Shown: positions 37,821-51,323, counted from the stretch's first letter. The stretch: 64,000 nucleotides of DNA from Octopus vulgaris (GCA_951406725.2 OX597818.1:39246001-39310000); one strand, 5' to 3'. A program made the numbers and translations. Notes: generated by a model from the sequence alone, not told the origin.

Positions 37821-38072
37821 GATAGGCTTCTTTGTCTTATGTTTGTGTCCGTGTTTGTGCCACACAACTGCTCAACAACCGTTGTTGCTGTGTTTACACC
37901 CCTGTAACTTGGCAGCTTGGCAAAAGGGATTGACAGAATGACTGTCAGGTTAAAAAAAAAAACAAAAGTAAAAAAGTACTAGGGTTGATTCATTTGACTA
38001 AAAACATTATTGAAGGTACTGCCCTAGCAAGGTCGCACAGTCTAATGAATGGAATAAGTAAAAGATAAAAGA
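37613..38072 (+). mobile_element. SINE group A, degraded
   Basis: Head and tail similar to the 10301 copy. Confidence 0.82.
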
Positions 38073-38127
38073 TATACATCTACCTTAAATATATACAAAG
38101 ATAAAAATGATTGTACATAACTACATA

Positions 38128-38164
<37 letters not shown>

Positions 38165-38199
38165 CCTTATGTACTGGAATGTACACATACTGGTATGTA

Positions 38200-38510
38200 T
38201 ACATGTATCTATGTTTTATGTGGATACATATAATACAACCAACATATGGATATAGTTTTACTAAAATAATTCCAAAATGTTCTATATAGTGGATTGATTA
38301 GCGAAAATACTGATTCGAATAATAATAACCAGCCAAGACACAGAAATTAGGCCCAATACTTTGATAGGGAAGTTGCATATGTGGAGTTGTAGAAGACTAA
38401 CTGAATGTCCTCTAGAAAATAAGTGTCTCATAGATATTGTTTATAAATGCTCAGTTCTTACATCTGAGACTGTATATAATTACGTCAGTGTGACACCGAA
38501 TTGTTTCATG
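38200..38510 (+). mobile_element. Penelope-like element relic (Cys motif plus start of GIY-YIG endonuclease)
   Basis: WSCRRLTECPLENKCLIDIVYKCSV...YNYVSVT resembles the PLE CxC..CPL..C...(I/V)VY...YIGxT pattern. Confidence 0.65.
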
Positions 38511-38546
38511 TATATGAATCTGTGTCTAAGTGTGTGCATATGTCTG

Positions 38547-38586
<40 letters not shown>

Positions 38587-38685
38587 TAATCCAAACATGA
38601 AAACACAAAGAGAAAACACAACAACGGGAGGACATGGAACAAATATAGTATTATTGGATGCTCAGGAAGGAAGGGAAGAAGGAAG

Positions 38686-38720
38686 GTTTTATGTTTCGAG
38701 TGGAGCTCTTCATCAGAAAC
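38686..38720 (-). ncRNA. Minimal hammerhead ribozyme relic
   Basis: Minus: GUUU-CUGAUGA-AGAG(cucca)CUC-GAAAC-AUA^-AAAC; stem III ACAU instead of the ACGU palindrome; inside a ~215-bp insert in (TA)n. Confidence 0.55.
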
Positions 38721-39016
38721 ATAGGAAAAGGAAAGATCCAGAGAAGGGAAGATGGAGGAAAAAAATCGCCAACGGTACACACGTGGTCACATTTTGAATT
38801 ATATATATATATATATATAACGCTTGTGTGAGTGTTGCTGTATATGTTGGTGCCTGTGTATGTGTACATGTATGTGTGAGAATGAATGTACAGAGAATTT
38901 GGATGTGCCATATCTGACTATGTCAAAGTTATGACAGCATATAAGGAAACTTAGTGGCATGGAATTTACCTTTATCTTTTGTTTGATCTTATGATGTCAA
39001 ATTTTATCTATTGCAG

Positions 39017-39199
39017 TTACGAGTTGCTGTCTATGATTCAGCTGTACCATCCAAGAGAGTCATAGATATTATAACCATATATGTTAATCGAAACACGCAG
39101 GGTCCAATATTTACAAATAAACCATTTACGAGAAGTGTTGATCCTAATATTGATGTAACCTCTGAAATTATACAATTCCAAGCAATTGATTCTGGAGGG
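39017..39199 (+). CDS. Cadherin-repeat exon A10
   Basis: ttgcag|TTA...GGG|gtaaga; LRVAVYDSAVPSKRVIDIITIYVNRNTQGPIFTNKPFTRSVDPNIDVTSEIIQFQAIDSGG. Confidence 0.92.
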
Positions 39200-40635
39200 G
39201 TAAGAGCAAGTTTCTTTTCAGAATAGTTTGTATAATGATATATTTTATACTATTGCTGTAACTGAAATCCTCGTTTTATGTTTGAAGTGCAAATCAGATT
39301 GGATCCAGCTTTTCTTTTTGTTGATAACATAATTACAACTTGACTATTTGGATCAGTTTAATCTTCTTTTGTGGCATTGTCATAGCAGAAATAACAACAA
39401 TGATGATAATGATAATAATAGTAATGATGTTGATGATGATGATGATTATTATGATGATGGATATTGTAGTTGTTGAAAGATGAAGAAACTACGTATGATG
39501 CTAGAATCATAAAATGGTAAAAGGAAAATTAGTATTTTATACTGACATGGAGTATGAAATCCTTGAATGTTAGAACAAAGAAGTTGATACAATCACAATC
39601 TTACCAATTATCATTGGGACCTTGAAAACTGTAACAAAAAAGAAATTTGAGAGCAAACTTTGGAAAGTTAGATGTTAATTTAAGAGTGCATGCAGTACAG
39701 AAAACCTATTTGTTTGGCTTAGCAATATAGGAACAAACATGAACAGCAGATAAATACTATTTTACAGAAGGGACAAAAAAAAAATGCTCATCATGCTAGA
39801 TCCCAAATTGCAGCTCAGTAGGAAGCTTAATTATACCAATTACAACATCAATATTGTGTAGCAGCAGAATTACTACCACAACTGTTGCTTAGGCTCTATA
39901 TTGTGAAGTAAATAGGGTAGTTCTCTGACAAACAATAGATACATGGTTTGTGTTTTGTCTGTGTATGTGTGTCTATGATGATCTTTACAACGTAGTAGAT
40001 TGCAGAAATGTCAGAAGACAAAATACATTAGGGTAGTGTCAAAAAATGCCTTGCTTTTTGTGACCATCAACTAAATTTCTGACCTTAGAAATAATATTTT
40101 ATGTCATCTTTTTACATTCTGTTTGGGGCAGTTTTGTTGTTCAATCCACAAAGTATTCTGTTCAAATCAATGAAATAAAGACCACTCAAATACTGAAGTC
40201 AATCTGCTTCACCCTTGTGACAATGTTTGTGACAATCATTGCTGCTATTGGATGGCGAAGAGCAAAATTGATGGAAAATCAGGCAAAATACCTTGTGGTT
40301 TTTAGATAACATGCTTCATTTTAAGAATGTGTATCATGCTGAAGTTGACTTTGCATTTCATTGTTCTGATGAATATACAAGCATTTGCATAATATGTGCC
40401 TGTGTCTGTATTAGTTTATGTACAGGTTCATGCAGCAGGAGAATGTTCAGATCTTCAAGGCATTAAGGGCTATATCAGTTGTTGAAGTTACTATAAAAAC
40501 CTTCCTTCTATGGTGGGATTCATTTTAACGATAATGACTGTACTCCATCATAATCCTAACTAAGGAGCTAAAATCTAAATAAAAAACAATCGCTTTAGAG
40601 AAATAGCAGTACTAAATAGTGATGAGAAACAAACG

Positions 40636-40843
40636 TACTTTAGGGTGGTTAAAATATGTTTCTGACACATTTTAACATCTAAAGGTAAATTCACAGCATC
40701 TATTATGGTGAATAAATTCTCAATTATGGTAGGTGTAAAAACACCTTAGTTGTTCAGTATCTTCCCTGGTGAACTCTTAGGGGGATGAATTTGTCTTTAG
40801 GTGTTAAAATATGTCAACAACATATTTTAACTAAGCTAAAATA
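40636..40843. mobile_element. MITE with ~58-bp imperfect TIRs
   Basis: tttagggtggttaaaatatgtttctgacacattttaacatctaaaggtaaattca versus tgaatttgtctttaggtgttaaaatatgtcaacaacatattttaactaagctaaa. Confidence 0.75.
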
Positions 40844-41558
40844 GTATTATTTAAGTATTAGAATACCTAGCTATGAAAGAAATATGAATTCAAAGATATT
40901 CCTTCAATGATTTGCTGAAAAAATAGATCGGAAAGGGGGTTTCTTGCAGGCCCATTTCACTATCAGTTGACCACTCATCAGAGCAGACATAACTAATGTC
41001 TTCCTCTAATTGGTAGTACAGAATATTCATTTACTATACAAAGAATACATGAATTAGGCTTTCATCACAGTAGACAGCTTAATTTGTATATTTGTGCTTT
41101 TTAGCAGCTCATCATTATTTAATCAATATTTTATTCACCTGTCTTCACATTCTGAGTTTAAATTCCACTGAGGTTGACTTTGCTTTTCATCCTTTCAGAG
41201 TCGATAAATTAAGTACCAGTTGTTTACTGGAGTCGATCTAATCGACTGGCCCCTTCCCCCAAAAAATTTTGGGCCCTGTGCCTAGAGTAGAAAAGAATAT
41301 GCATATTTTATGTGTATGCTGTGTCTGAAGAGGTTTATCTTTTAGTTTTCTCTCATGTCATGGAAAATGAAAACAGGGTGGATAAAAGTAATTATGGATA
41401 AATGGAATTATGGATAATATTATGGGGGAAGAAGACAAAGGAATGACAAGTGGGTAGTGGTCCTTGTTGAACTGCATGTGATGCCTGGTAAGTTATTTAT
41501 ATTTTCAATGTTTTATTTATATCTACTTATTTTAAAACTTCAATATCTACTTTCATAG

Positions 41559-41681
41559 GATCAAATCACTTACAAAATAAGCAATGAGTCTACTGCTCAG
41601 CAATATTTCTTGGTGTTACCCCTAAATGGAAAGCTCATACTCATTAAGTCCCTAAAAGGACTGGCCCCTACAACAATCCGA
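41559..41681 (+). CDS. Cadherin-repeat exon B10
   Basis: tcatag|GAT...CGA|gtaagt; DQITYKISNESTAQQYFLVLPLNGKLILIKSLKGLAPTTIR. Confidence 0.92.
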
Positions 41682-42025
41682 GTAAGTATTTCTTGATTTC
41701 TTTTCATTAAAAAAAAATTTTTTAATCTTTTACTTGTTTCAGTAATTGCACTGTGGCCATGACAGGGTGCCACCATGAAGGGTTTAGTCAAACAAATCAA
41801 CTCCAATGGATATTTTTTAAAGCCCTGTGCTTATTCTGTCGGTCTCTTTTGCCAAACTGCTAAGTTACAAAGACATAAACAGACCAGCAATATATGTCAA
41901 GTGATGGTGGTGGTGGTGGAAAAACACAAAAATAAACACAAACATGTTTATATATGTGTGTATGTATGTGTGTGTGTCTGAAAAACTCTGTAATAAATAT
42001 GCGTAGCAAGAAAAAATATATATTC

Positions 42026-42131
<106 letters not shown>

Positions 42132-42237
42132 GAGAGAGAGAGGGGGAGTGAGAGTGTGGGATAGATAGATAGATAAATAGATATGTGATGGTAAATGATG
42201 ATAATGATGTTTATGTTGCTATATATATATATATGTG

Positions 42238-42531
42238 TGGAGGCGCAATAGCCCAGTGGTTAGGGCAGTGGACTTGCGGTCATAGGATTGCGGTTTCGAT
42301 TCCCAGACCGGGCATTGTGACTGTTTATTGAGCGAAAACACCTAAAGCTCTACGAGGCTCTGGCAGGTCCCTGCTGTACTCTTTCGCCACAACTTTCTCT
42401 CACTCTTTCTTCTGTTGGCCTGCTCGCTTAGCCAGCAGGGTGGCGTCGTTTGAGGCTAAAACAATGTGAAGCACATTGTGACCAGCGATGTGTAGCAACA
42501 TCTGATAGCCTGGTCGGTCACGGTGATCACG

Positions 42532-42536
<5 letters not shown>
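42238..42536 (+). mobile_element. tRNA(Arg)-like-headed SINE, group D head with tail type 1
   Basis: ggcgcaatagcccagtggttagggcag..ggtttcgattccc head shared with 50187 and 54152; resembles octopus OR-type SINEs (recalled). Confidence 0.85.
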
Positions 42537-42568
<32 letters not shown>

Positions 42569-42868
42569 TCACTAGACACATGTCATTAAGTTTTGCTCCT
42601 AGTCGTAAAATGAGTACTTTTTTTTTCAAGTGTGATGGTTTGATAGATTCATTAGAGAGTCGAACAAAATGTTTTTGCAGTAATTTGTTATGGTTTTCTA
42701 TATACTGAGTTCAAATCCTGCTAAAGTCAACTTTAACTTACATTATTCTGCGGTTGATAAAATAAAGTACTTGTAAAATATAATGTTTATTTGATGGAAT
42801 CCTTTCCTCAGTTTGTTAACCTTGTGCCTAATTAAGAAGTAATCATGGGCTTGAATTCTTTCTTGCAG

Positions 42869-43057
42869 TTTACTGTGACAGCAACAGATAATGGCGAACC
42901 CCCTATAAGTACCAGTGAACCAGTAATAATACAGGTGAAAGACTCAACTGACATCCCACAATTTATCAATCCTGATTACGAAGTTAATATTTTGGACTCT
43001 GAGCCAGTTACTGAAGTTGTGACGACTGCAACAGTCAAGGACACAGGAATTCCACCG
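42869..43057 (+). CDS. Cadherin-repeat exon A11
   Basis: ttgcag|TTT...CCG|gtaaga; FTVTATDNGEPPISTSEPVIIQVKDSTDIPQFINPDYEVNILDSEPVTEVVTTATVKDTGIPP. Confidence 0.93.
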
Positions 43058-43317
43058 GTAAGACAACAAAAGATACTGATAGCATTTTCTGTCTTTCTAT
43101 CTCTGTCTGTCTCTGTTTCTCTCTCTCTGTGTCTGTCTGTCTCTCTCTCTCTCTCTTTCACTCATTTCCTCCTGCTGTGTATATGGATATATATATCTTC
43201 CAGAAATGAGCCATAACCTCTGGATCCATATTTGAAATGTTCAACCAGGTGTATTTGCGTATGTATATATGTATATATATGTACATATATGTATGCATGT
43301 ATATCTATCTATCTATA

Positions 43318-43378
<61 letters not shown>

Positions 43379-44085
43379 AAAAAAAAGTTTGAAAATGCTA
43401 CTATATTAGATAAATTTTAATTTTTACATGTTTCGGTTCTTGAAATAACGAACCTTATCAAAAATAATTTTTTTTATAATAAAGAGTATAATGGAATAGT
43501 TCATAATTGTTTCATACATTCAATAGAGTCCATGCTATATACATAAAAAGTATAATGGAACAGATCAATAATAAGGAAAATAGAGATTTCTTTACATCCA
43601 TAAATTTATCAAACAGTTATTTACAGCATTCTTTTCTGAATTTATGCACATTTCAACTGCACCAACTACACACTGTTAGATATACATCCTGGTGTCCTGC
43701 ACAAATGATTTGTTTATAGAGATTAAATGTATGTACCATGCATTAGCTCACTCACTCCAAATCAACATTGCCTGAACAGGTTCACAGTGTACCACATGTC
43801 AGGTGTTGAAGTGATTGCAGAGGAACATGAGATGAAGTTTTGCTCAAGAACACAATACATCACCCAGTCTAGAAATCGTGGGTGCAACACCCTAACCTCT
43901 GAGTTACGCATCATCACAATATATATCTGTGTATATATGTAATTGCTTCATCTCGACAGATGATAGCCGTCCCATCAACACACAAACCACACCCCATCAC
44001 ACAGCACAACCACAATGTATGTATATATATATGTATGTATGTGTATGTGTTTGTCTGTATGTATGCATGTATGCATGTGTATATA

Positions 44086-44308
44086 TGCTGGCAGAAACGT
44101 TAGCACGCCGGGCGAAATGCTTTGTGGTATTTCGTCTGTCGTTACGTTCTGAGTTCAAATTCCGCCGAGGTCGACTTTGCCTTTCATCCTTCCGGGGTCG
44201 ATAAATAAAGTACCAGTTTCACACTGGGGTCGATGTAATCGGCTTAATCCGTTTGTCTATCCTTGTTTGTCCCCTCTATGTTTAACCCCTTGTGGGTAAT
44301 AGAGAAAT
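44086..44308 (+). mobile_element. SINE group B
   Basis: CpG-rich copy of the 19643 type. Confidence 0.9.
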
Positions 44309-44335
44309 ATATATATAGGTATATGTATGTTTATG

Positions 44336-44402
<67 letters not shown>

Positions 44403-44428
44403 GCATGTATGTGTCTGTGTGTGTGTAT

Positions 44429-44640
44429 TACTCTTTTACCCTTTTACGTGTTTCAGTCATTTGACTGTGGCCATGCTGGAGCACCGCCTTTTAGTCGAGC
44501 AAATTGGCCCCGGGACTTATTCTTTGTAAGCCCAGTACTTATTCTATCGGTCTCTTTTGCCGAACTGCTAAGTAACGGGGACGTAAACGCACCAGCATCG
44601 GTTGTCAAGCAATGCTAGGGAGACAAACACAGACACACAA

Positions 44641-44683
<43 letters not shown>

Positions 44684-44848
44684 TACGACAGGCTTCTTTC
44701 AGTTTCCGTCTACCAAATCCACTCACAAGGCATTGGTCGGCCCAGGGCTATAGCTGAAGACACTTGCCCAAGATTCCATGCAGTGGGACTGAACCCGGAA
44801 CCATGTGGTTGGTTAGCAAGCTACTTACCACACAGCCACTCCTACGCC
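44429..44848 (-). mobile_element. SINE group A, full length, young
   Basis: Reverse complement of 10301-10690. Confidence 0.93.
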
Positions 44849-44927
44849 TTAGTATTGTTAGTTTTTATATAAAATTTTTACTTTTAATCTCTTCCCATTA
44901 ACAAAAAATATTATTTTCTATTTTCAG

Positions 44928-45056
44928 AGAACTTATAAATATGAAATCGTTGGAAATTATCCATCTTCAATATTCTTTTCTGTAAATGAAAATACTGGTT
45001 CTATTCGTATTAAGCGCTCACTGAAAACTGATGCTCTTTTAACAGAAACTTATATT
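44928..45056 (+). CDS. Cadherin-repeat exon B11
   Basis: tttcag|AGA...ATT|gtaagt; RTYKYEIVGNYPSSIFFSVNENTGSIRIKRSLKTDALLTETYI. Confidence 0.92.
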
Positions 45057-45963
45057 GTAAGTATATATATTTGCTTCTATATAGTTATGTCTCTTTGAAA
45101 TTCCTTTTATGTATGTCACTATTTTTATAAGTATGTCTGTGTTTCTATAATCTTGCTAAACCACCTTTCCTCTTCTCTATATTTTCTATAGCCAAATTAA
45201 TTCATCTGTTTTTCATTCATTACATTAATTAAGGCATTTTAGTGTTTCTTTTGTTTTATACTAATTAAAATTTGATTTTTACTTTTTCTGAAAAAAATAA
45301 AGTTTGACCTTTTAGCATTTAAACTGGTCATATTGGGCCCAAATATGCCACCTGTTTTATGTTCAAATTTACTCTCACACCTATTCTCAAAATATCATTC
45401 TAAATATAGACAATAACATCATCAAAATCTCAAATCTATGAGATAATATATAATTAATTCAAAATTATATGAATGAACAAGCTTTACATTTGCCAGAAAG
45501 TATATTTTTCTTCTCCAGTACAGCTTCCAAAACAATAAGAAAAAGAGCAACCAATTTCACAAAGCTTCTCAAAACAGTTTTCCTTTGACCCTTTTCGCTG
45601 GTTTCAGTTATTGAACTGCAGCTATGATCATTACCAAACCCAGTACATATTTCAGTTTAAAACTTATACTTATTTTAGGTCCTTTATTGCAGAAATCAGA
45701 AATATCCACCCAAAATTTTTATCATCCTTAACTGTGGAAAACATTTTATTTACCATTGTATCTTTTATTGAGGATTGCCATCTTTGAATTTATCTTTTGT
45801 TGAGATACATCAAGAAAATCCTTAACATCATTATGGATTAACAATGAAATTTAGCTTTGCAGTTAAAGGGTGGGAAATTTATATTTATTGAATGGTTGAA
45901 TTGCCTTTTGATGTATACAGACACAACTTGATATACTATCTTAACCAGTTTACACAAATACAC

Positions 45964-46322
45964 AGATGCAGGCATGGCTGTGTGGTAAGAAGCTTGCTTC
46001 TCAACTACATGGTTCAGGGTTCAATTTTCTACCATAGTCTCAGGCTGACTAAAGCCCTGTGAGTGGTTTTGGTAGATATATATTGATGAAACCCGTTGTA
46101 TATACATATGTGTGTGTGTGTGTGTATTTCATTGTGTCTGTGTTTGTCCCCCAAACTGCTGGTGTGTTTACATCCTTGTAGTCCTTGTAATTTAGTGGTT
46201 TGGCAAAAGGGACCAACAGAGTAAAATAATAAGTACTGGGGTCGATACATTTGACTAAATGTTCAAGGTGGTGCCCCAGCATGGTTGCGGTCAAATGGCT
46301 GAAACAAGTAAAAGAATAAAAG
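45964..46322 (+). mobile_element. SINE group A (extra tail fragment at 46388-46445)
   Basis: Head and tail similarity. Confidence 0.85.
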
Positions 46323-46561
46323 ATATGAACATTCACACACACATGCACATATAAATGATAGACTTTCAAATAATTTTCATCAACTAAGGTGGTGCTCCAG
46401 CATGGCTGCAGTCAAATGACTGAAACAAGTAAAAGAGTAAAAGAATACATACTACTCTCCTTGTGTCACATAGTGGGATTGAACCTGCAGATACTTAGTT
46501 GCAAAGAGAACTTCTTTATATATTTTTTTTCACCTTTCCCTTGTTTCTTTTGTGATTCTAG

Positions 46562-46747
46562 ATTCGTCTGGCAGCCTATGATGTGAGTAAACCATCTCAA
46601 AAAGGCTATGCAACTATCAGAGTAAAAGTGGATCGCAATCCTTCTGGTCCATCTTTTATTGCTCCAGTCAATAATGTAATTGATGTTCCAGATAACCAGG
46701 GTGTCAACAGTGCTGTCACTCAAGTCTCTGCAATTGATAATGACCGG
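46562..46747 (+). CDS. Cadherin-repeat exon A12
   Basis: ttctag|ATT...CGG|gtaacg; IRLAAYDVSKPSQKGYATIRVKVDRNPSGPSFIAPVNNVIDVPDNQGVNSAVTQVSAIDNDR. Confidence 0.92.
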
Positions 46748-47486
46748 GTAACGTTATTTTTTCTTTTCACTTGTAACTTTACCTTTTTAATATCCCCATG
46801 CCCAATACAAACTGTCTGTCTTAAATTGATATAAGTTAAAATACCTTCCATCAAAAATTCATGCTAATTTTTGTTTTAAACACCAACTTATTTAATAAAA
46901 ACAAAGTTATTTTAATTATTTTTTTCGTTATTTTCAAAATTAATTGAAATAAAGACAATTAGAGAGAACTCTCATGCAGTAGTTGAGTTTGCTAGTAAAA
47001 ACAAGGAAACTGCTGTCATTTGGTCTGTTTCTCTTTCCTCTCTGAAATTCAGACTTATACGGTCAAATGTCATTTGACTTTAATAACACGCAATTATGCC
47101 CTGGAAAAAATTATGTAACACTACAAAAAAAAAAAAAGATCCCTTTTATGCTCTATTTGCTTTTAAATATGTGATTTTCCTTGATAAACTGTTAATACAA
47201 GGGCGATAACCATTTCTTTAAAATATTTGGCTGGATTAGCTGTTTGAGTATGAAATTAAGTAATAAAGAAAATGATATATAGAATAAACATATTTATTTA
47301 TTTTTAATTAATTTTTTTACTTACTAAAGTTATTAAAATTTCTAGTCAGTAGTAATCACATGTAGCACAATTTCATTATTTCTAGAAAACATCAGCATGA
47401 CTTCTGTTTTTTGCAGGCTGTTCATTAAATTTTAACATGTTTCTATTTATTCTAAATGTTTATTGTCATTTATTTCAATATTCCAG

Positions 47487-47609
47487 GATAACATCACATA
47501 TGTTATGCAAGGAAATAGTGACTTGCAAAACTTTTTCTTCATCAATCCACTAAATGGTATAATATATCTGCGAAATAGTCTGACAACAACCACTGTGAAA
47601 CGTTTTGAT
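47487..47609 (+). CDS. Cadherin-repeat exon B12
   Basis: ttccag|GAT...GAT|gtaaga; DNITYVMQGNSDLQNFFFINPLNGIIYLRNSLTTTTVKRFD. Confidence 0.92.
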
Positions 47610-49199
47610 GTAAGATTATATTTTATTATTATAACAATCTAATTGTTTGTTATTGTTTTGTTTCGTTTTTTTCTGTTCTTTTAATAAAAAAAAAACTTTT
47701 GTTCTATAGATCAAAAAGTGATATAGTACATTAGGTTACTAAGTTTGCACTTCTAATTGGCATTGATAAACCAACTAAAAGCCAAATCAGCATATATTTG
47801 AGGAAGAGAAGCAGTAACAAATGCTACTGAACAGTGTTTTCTAAAGTAGGTTCTGAGAAACCAACCCTTAGCTTCATGTAAAAATTGTGATATTTGATGA
47901 AGTAAAGTGTTTCAATAAAGGTATGATGACATGTACTATTGTAGTGTATTGCTGCATGTCAGTATTTGCTTGGGTCATCCCTGACAACCTTCTGAAGTGT
48001 GTCCCAGTCAGTTCCCATCACAATGAGCTATTTCTTTATTCACCATGACCATGTAGCATGTTGTCAATCATCATAAGCCATCATCTCCAGCTGGATCCAC
48101 AAAAGAGAACCCTGATATACAGAATCCAACATGGAAAATCGAGCAACGTGACCAGATAGTCTGAGTTGATGCCCCTAAATCATACAAGTAACAGGATGCA
48201 TCCCAGTTTATGAGTATTGTTCTTGTCTGGATACAAAATTTGAACAATGCTAACCCATAATCCTGTAAAGCATCCTGGTACCTAAGGAGTTCAGGTGACT
48301 CCTAAAGACCCCTGACAGTGTTTAAGTCTTGCAACTATATAACAGGACAGGGAGAACCACAGACCTGAAAACCTGCTCAGATGCAAAAGAATTAATAAAA
48401 TATATTTTATAAAATGATACCTTTCACCATTTTTAAGAATAATGAGTTAAATGTTTTATTTTATTATATGAACAAATTCCCTTTCTAAAAGATTTTCACT
48501 TCATTTAATGTTATATTAAAAATAAACTGGTGAGGGCTGTCCGTAATATAGGCTTGTAGGTTCCTTGGTTTTTGGGAAAATCATTTCAGGGTTGCATGGC
48601 AAAATAATTTTGGGTTCCACTTCTAATGATAGACTATTATACAGTTATAGTATTAAAGAATATTGAAATAAACAGAAATACAAACACCATAATTTGTATA
48701 ATGAAAGGGTAATAGCAAAATAATTTTATTGGTTTCTATAGATCGTTTGAGATATGTGTTTTTATATACTATAAAAGGGAATTATCTTACTGTGATGTTC
48801 GTGTATGTTCTCAGAAACTTTTTAAAAAGAGGAATGAGAGCAAAAGAAGAACTGTGAGAAGGAGCTGGGTAGAGGTAGAAACATAGCTTTAAAAAATAAA
48901 ACAGTGTGTTGTTTGAATATATGGGCTTGCAGAAAGGAGAAATACTGCCACTCACAAAACAGACACACAGTAAACTTATGACCCAACAGAAATAGCAGCT
49001 GATGTAGTCACATTCCTAAAAACAAACAAACAAACAAAAACAATACTATTTGGTTTGCTTGTTCATCATCATCATCATCATCATCAGTTTTACATTCATA
49101 GGGTTTGCCTAGTACTGATGAAGATTTATAGAGGGAGATGTCCTGGTAACCCTTTTATATTGTGCCTAGGTTACCAAATATTTAATTTTCAAGGGCTTC

Positions 49200-50150
49200 A
49201 TAGACCACTATGTATAAGACTTGTGTCTATACTATTCCATGTTGGTAGCTACTTCATATAGTAGGGAGTTTTAAAGAGACAACATAGTATTTCCTCTATA
49301 TCTCACCTATAATATATTAGGGGAAGGACCTTGTAGAGGTGCTATAGAAAATAGACAAGTGCTTGTCTTAGACATTGTCTTCCAGATCAAAATTTGTTCC
49401 TTTCACTGCATCAGCCCATATTGTATATGTATTAGCATACATGTGGTAGACAGAGGCTGTCTCTGAATCATCTTATAGGGTATGTAGGTAAAGAGAAGGA
49501 AGAACTTATTGTGTTGACATCTAGGCAAATAGATCAATGTTTTCTGGGTATATATATTCAAACTGGATGATGGAAAAGAGTGGGCATAACAAAGTGTCCT
49601 GCTGGTAGCATTACATAAGGAAGTGTCCTGTTGTTATTATCATTTAAGGAAGATGGCAAAAGAAAACAAAAACTAGTGAGAACTGGTCATAGGGAAAAGG
49701 TAAAAGAGAAAACTAGAGCAAGAGGATAATTGACAAGAAAGTTATGGAATAGAACCAGAGTATTAAGAATGCAAATGTGATATAAGAGAGAGTAATGATA
49801 GAAAGAGAGTCACAGCTACTTAATAGGTGTTGGTAAGAAGATTGAATAGAGACATGACTGAGAGGTGGATAGAAAAGAGTTGAGGGAGTAGTAAATTGTT
49901 GTTGGTAAGGATATTAAGTAGAAAGTACATAAGCGAAAACGTCTGAAGTGTAACTATTAGACATTCTAACTTTCTGGGCATATTCAACAAGTGTGAGTTT
50001 TTGCTCATAATTTCCAAATGTGGTATCGTTAAGAAAGAGAATGTAGTAGATGTTAATGAGTGATGAAGCATCAGTAAGAGGAGAGAAGGAGATGGTTAGT
50101 AATAAAGATAGCTAAGGGTTATAGGAGGATTCAATACAGACAGATATACC
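49200..50150 (-). mobile_element. Possible heavily decayed Penelope-like RT fragment
   Basis: Minus strand PSPNIL*VRYRGNT (cf. W-x-R-Y-x-D-D) near 49290-49330 and RKLECLIVTLQ near 49950; very degenerate. Confidence 0.35.
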
Positions 50151-50186
50151 CTATCCGCTTTCACTATATTGGTAGATATAATGCAT

Positions 50187-50571
50187 GTGGAGGCACAATG
50201 GCCCAGTGGTTAGGGCAGCGGACTCACGGTCATAGGATCGCGGTTTCGATTCCCAGACCGGGCGTTGTGAGTGTTTATTGAGCGAAAACACCTAAAGCTC
50301 CACGAGGCTCCGGCAGGGGATGGTGGTGATCCCTGCTGTACTCTTTCACCACAACTTTCTCTCACTCTTACTTCCTGTTTCTGTTGTACCTTATATTTCA
50401 AAGGACCGGCCTTGTCACTCTTTGTGTCACGCTGAATATCCCCGAGAACTACGTTAAGGGTACACGTGTCTGTGGAGTGCTCAGCTACTTGCATGTTAAT
50501 TTCACGAGCAGGCTGTTCCGTTGATTCGGATCAACTGGAACCCTCGTCGTCGTAACCGACGGAGTGCTTCC
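50187..50571 (+). mobile_element. Group D SINE, tail type 2, full length
   Basis: 13-bp TSD agatataatgcat at 50174-50186 and 50572-50584. Confidence 0.92.
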
Positions 50572-51323
50572 AGATATAATGCATTGTCATCCTTCATTAT
50601 ACAGTTGATGATAGTGATAGAAGGAAGAAGACATAGTGATAAGAATAAGCATTCTCTATTCCATCATCGTTTGCCAAATTTTGTGTTCATGTTTCATGTT
50701 TGTCTGGCTTGATGGAGGTCTTCTTCAATACAATGTTTTGCCATATGTCAAAATGTGACATAGAAAATCTGCTCGTTACTTATGCTTTTTATGATATGTA
50801 TAACTTATAATTTTCCTGTGAGGAGACATTGAATAAAAATAAAGAAGGATATTTGGACTGGGGTAATGACTCCATAGCTAACCATAGAATTCTATGTATG
50901 AACCCAAACACACACATTCACATACAAATATACAAATTAATTTCCTTTAATATTATGGCTACCTTACTGTGTATTTTAAGTTACTAAAACATTGTACAGT
51001 TGCACATGTAAACATTAAATGCAACCTTATAGCAAATATATTGCAGTGAGAATGTTTTTACATATAAACTCAAAGCACAGGTTGGGGTATTGTTCCTAAT
51101 TAGTACCCTTTCACTCTCCTGAATTTAAGGATACAAAATATTGTACATCATTGTCTGCAACCTGTTTAATAAGTTTAAGCTAGATTATTATGAGATTAAA
51201 TATTCTTATAATATTTCTGCTGAACTCTCATTTTCTATCATTTTTGTTAAGCCATGTCCTAGTTTACAATATGCTTTGATAACTTTCTTGTATATGATGT
51301 TTTTTCTCTTTTTTTTATTGTAG

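Noticed and set aside
47832-48622. Possible hAT-like ends (cagtgttttctaaagt ... tttgggttccact)
   Set aside because: TIR match too degenerate and no 8-bp TSD found
50187-50265. tRNA-like sequences (also at 10301, 32937, 42238, 54152)
   Set aside because: SINE heads continuous with SINE bodies and TSDs, not tRNA genes
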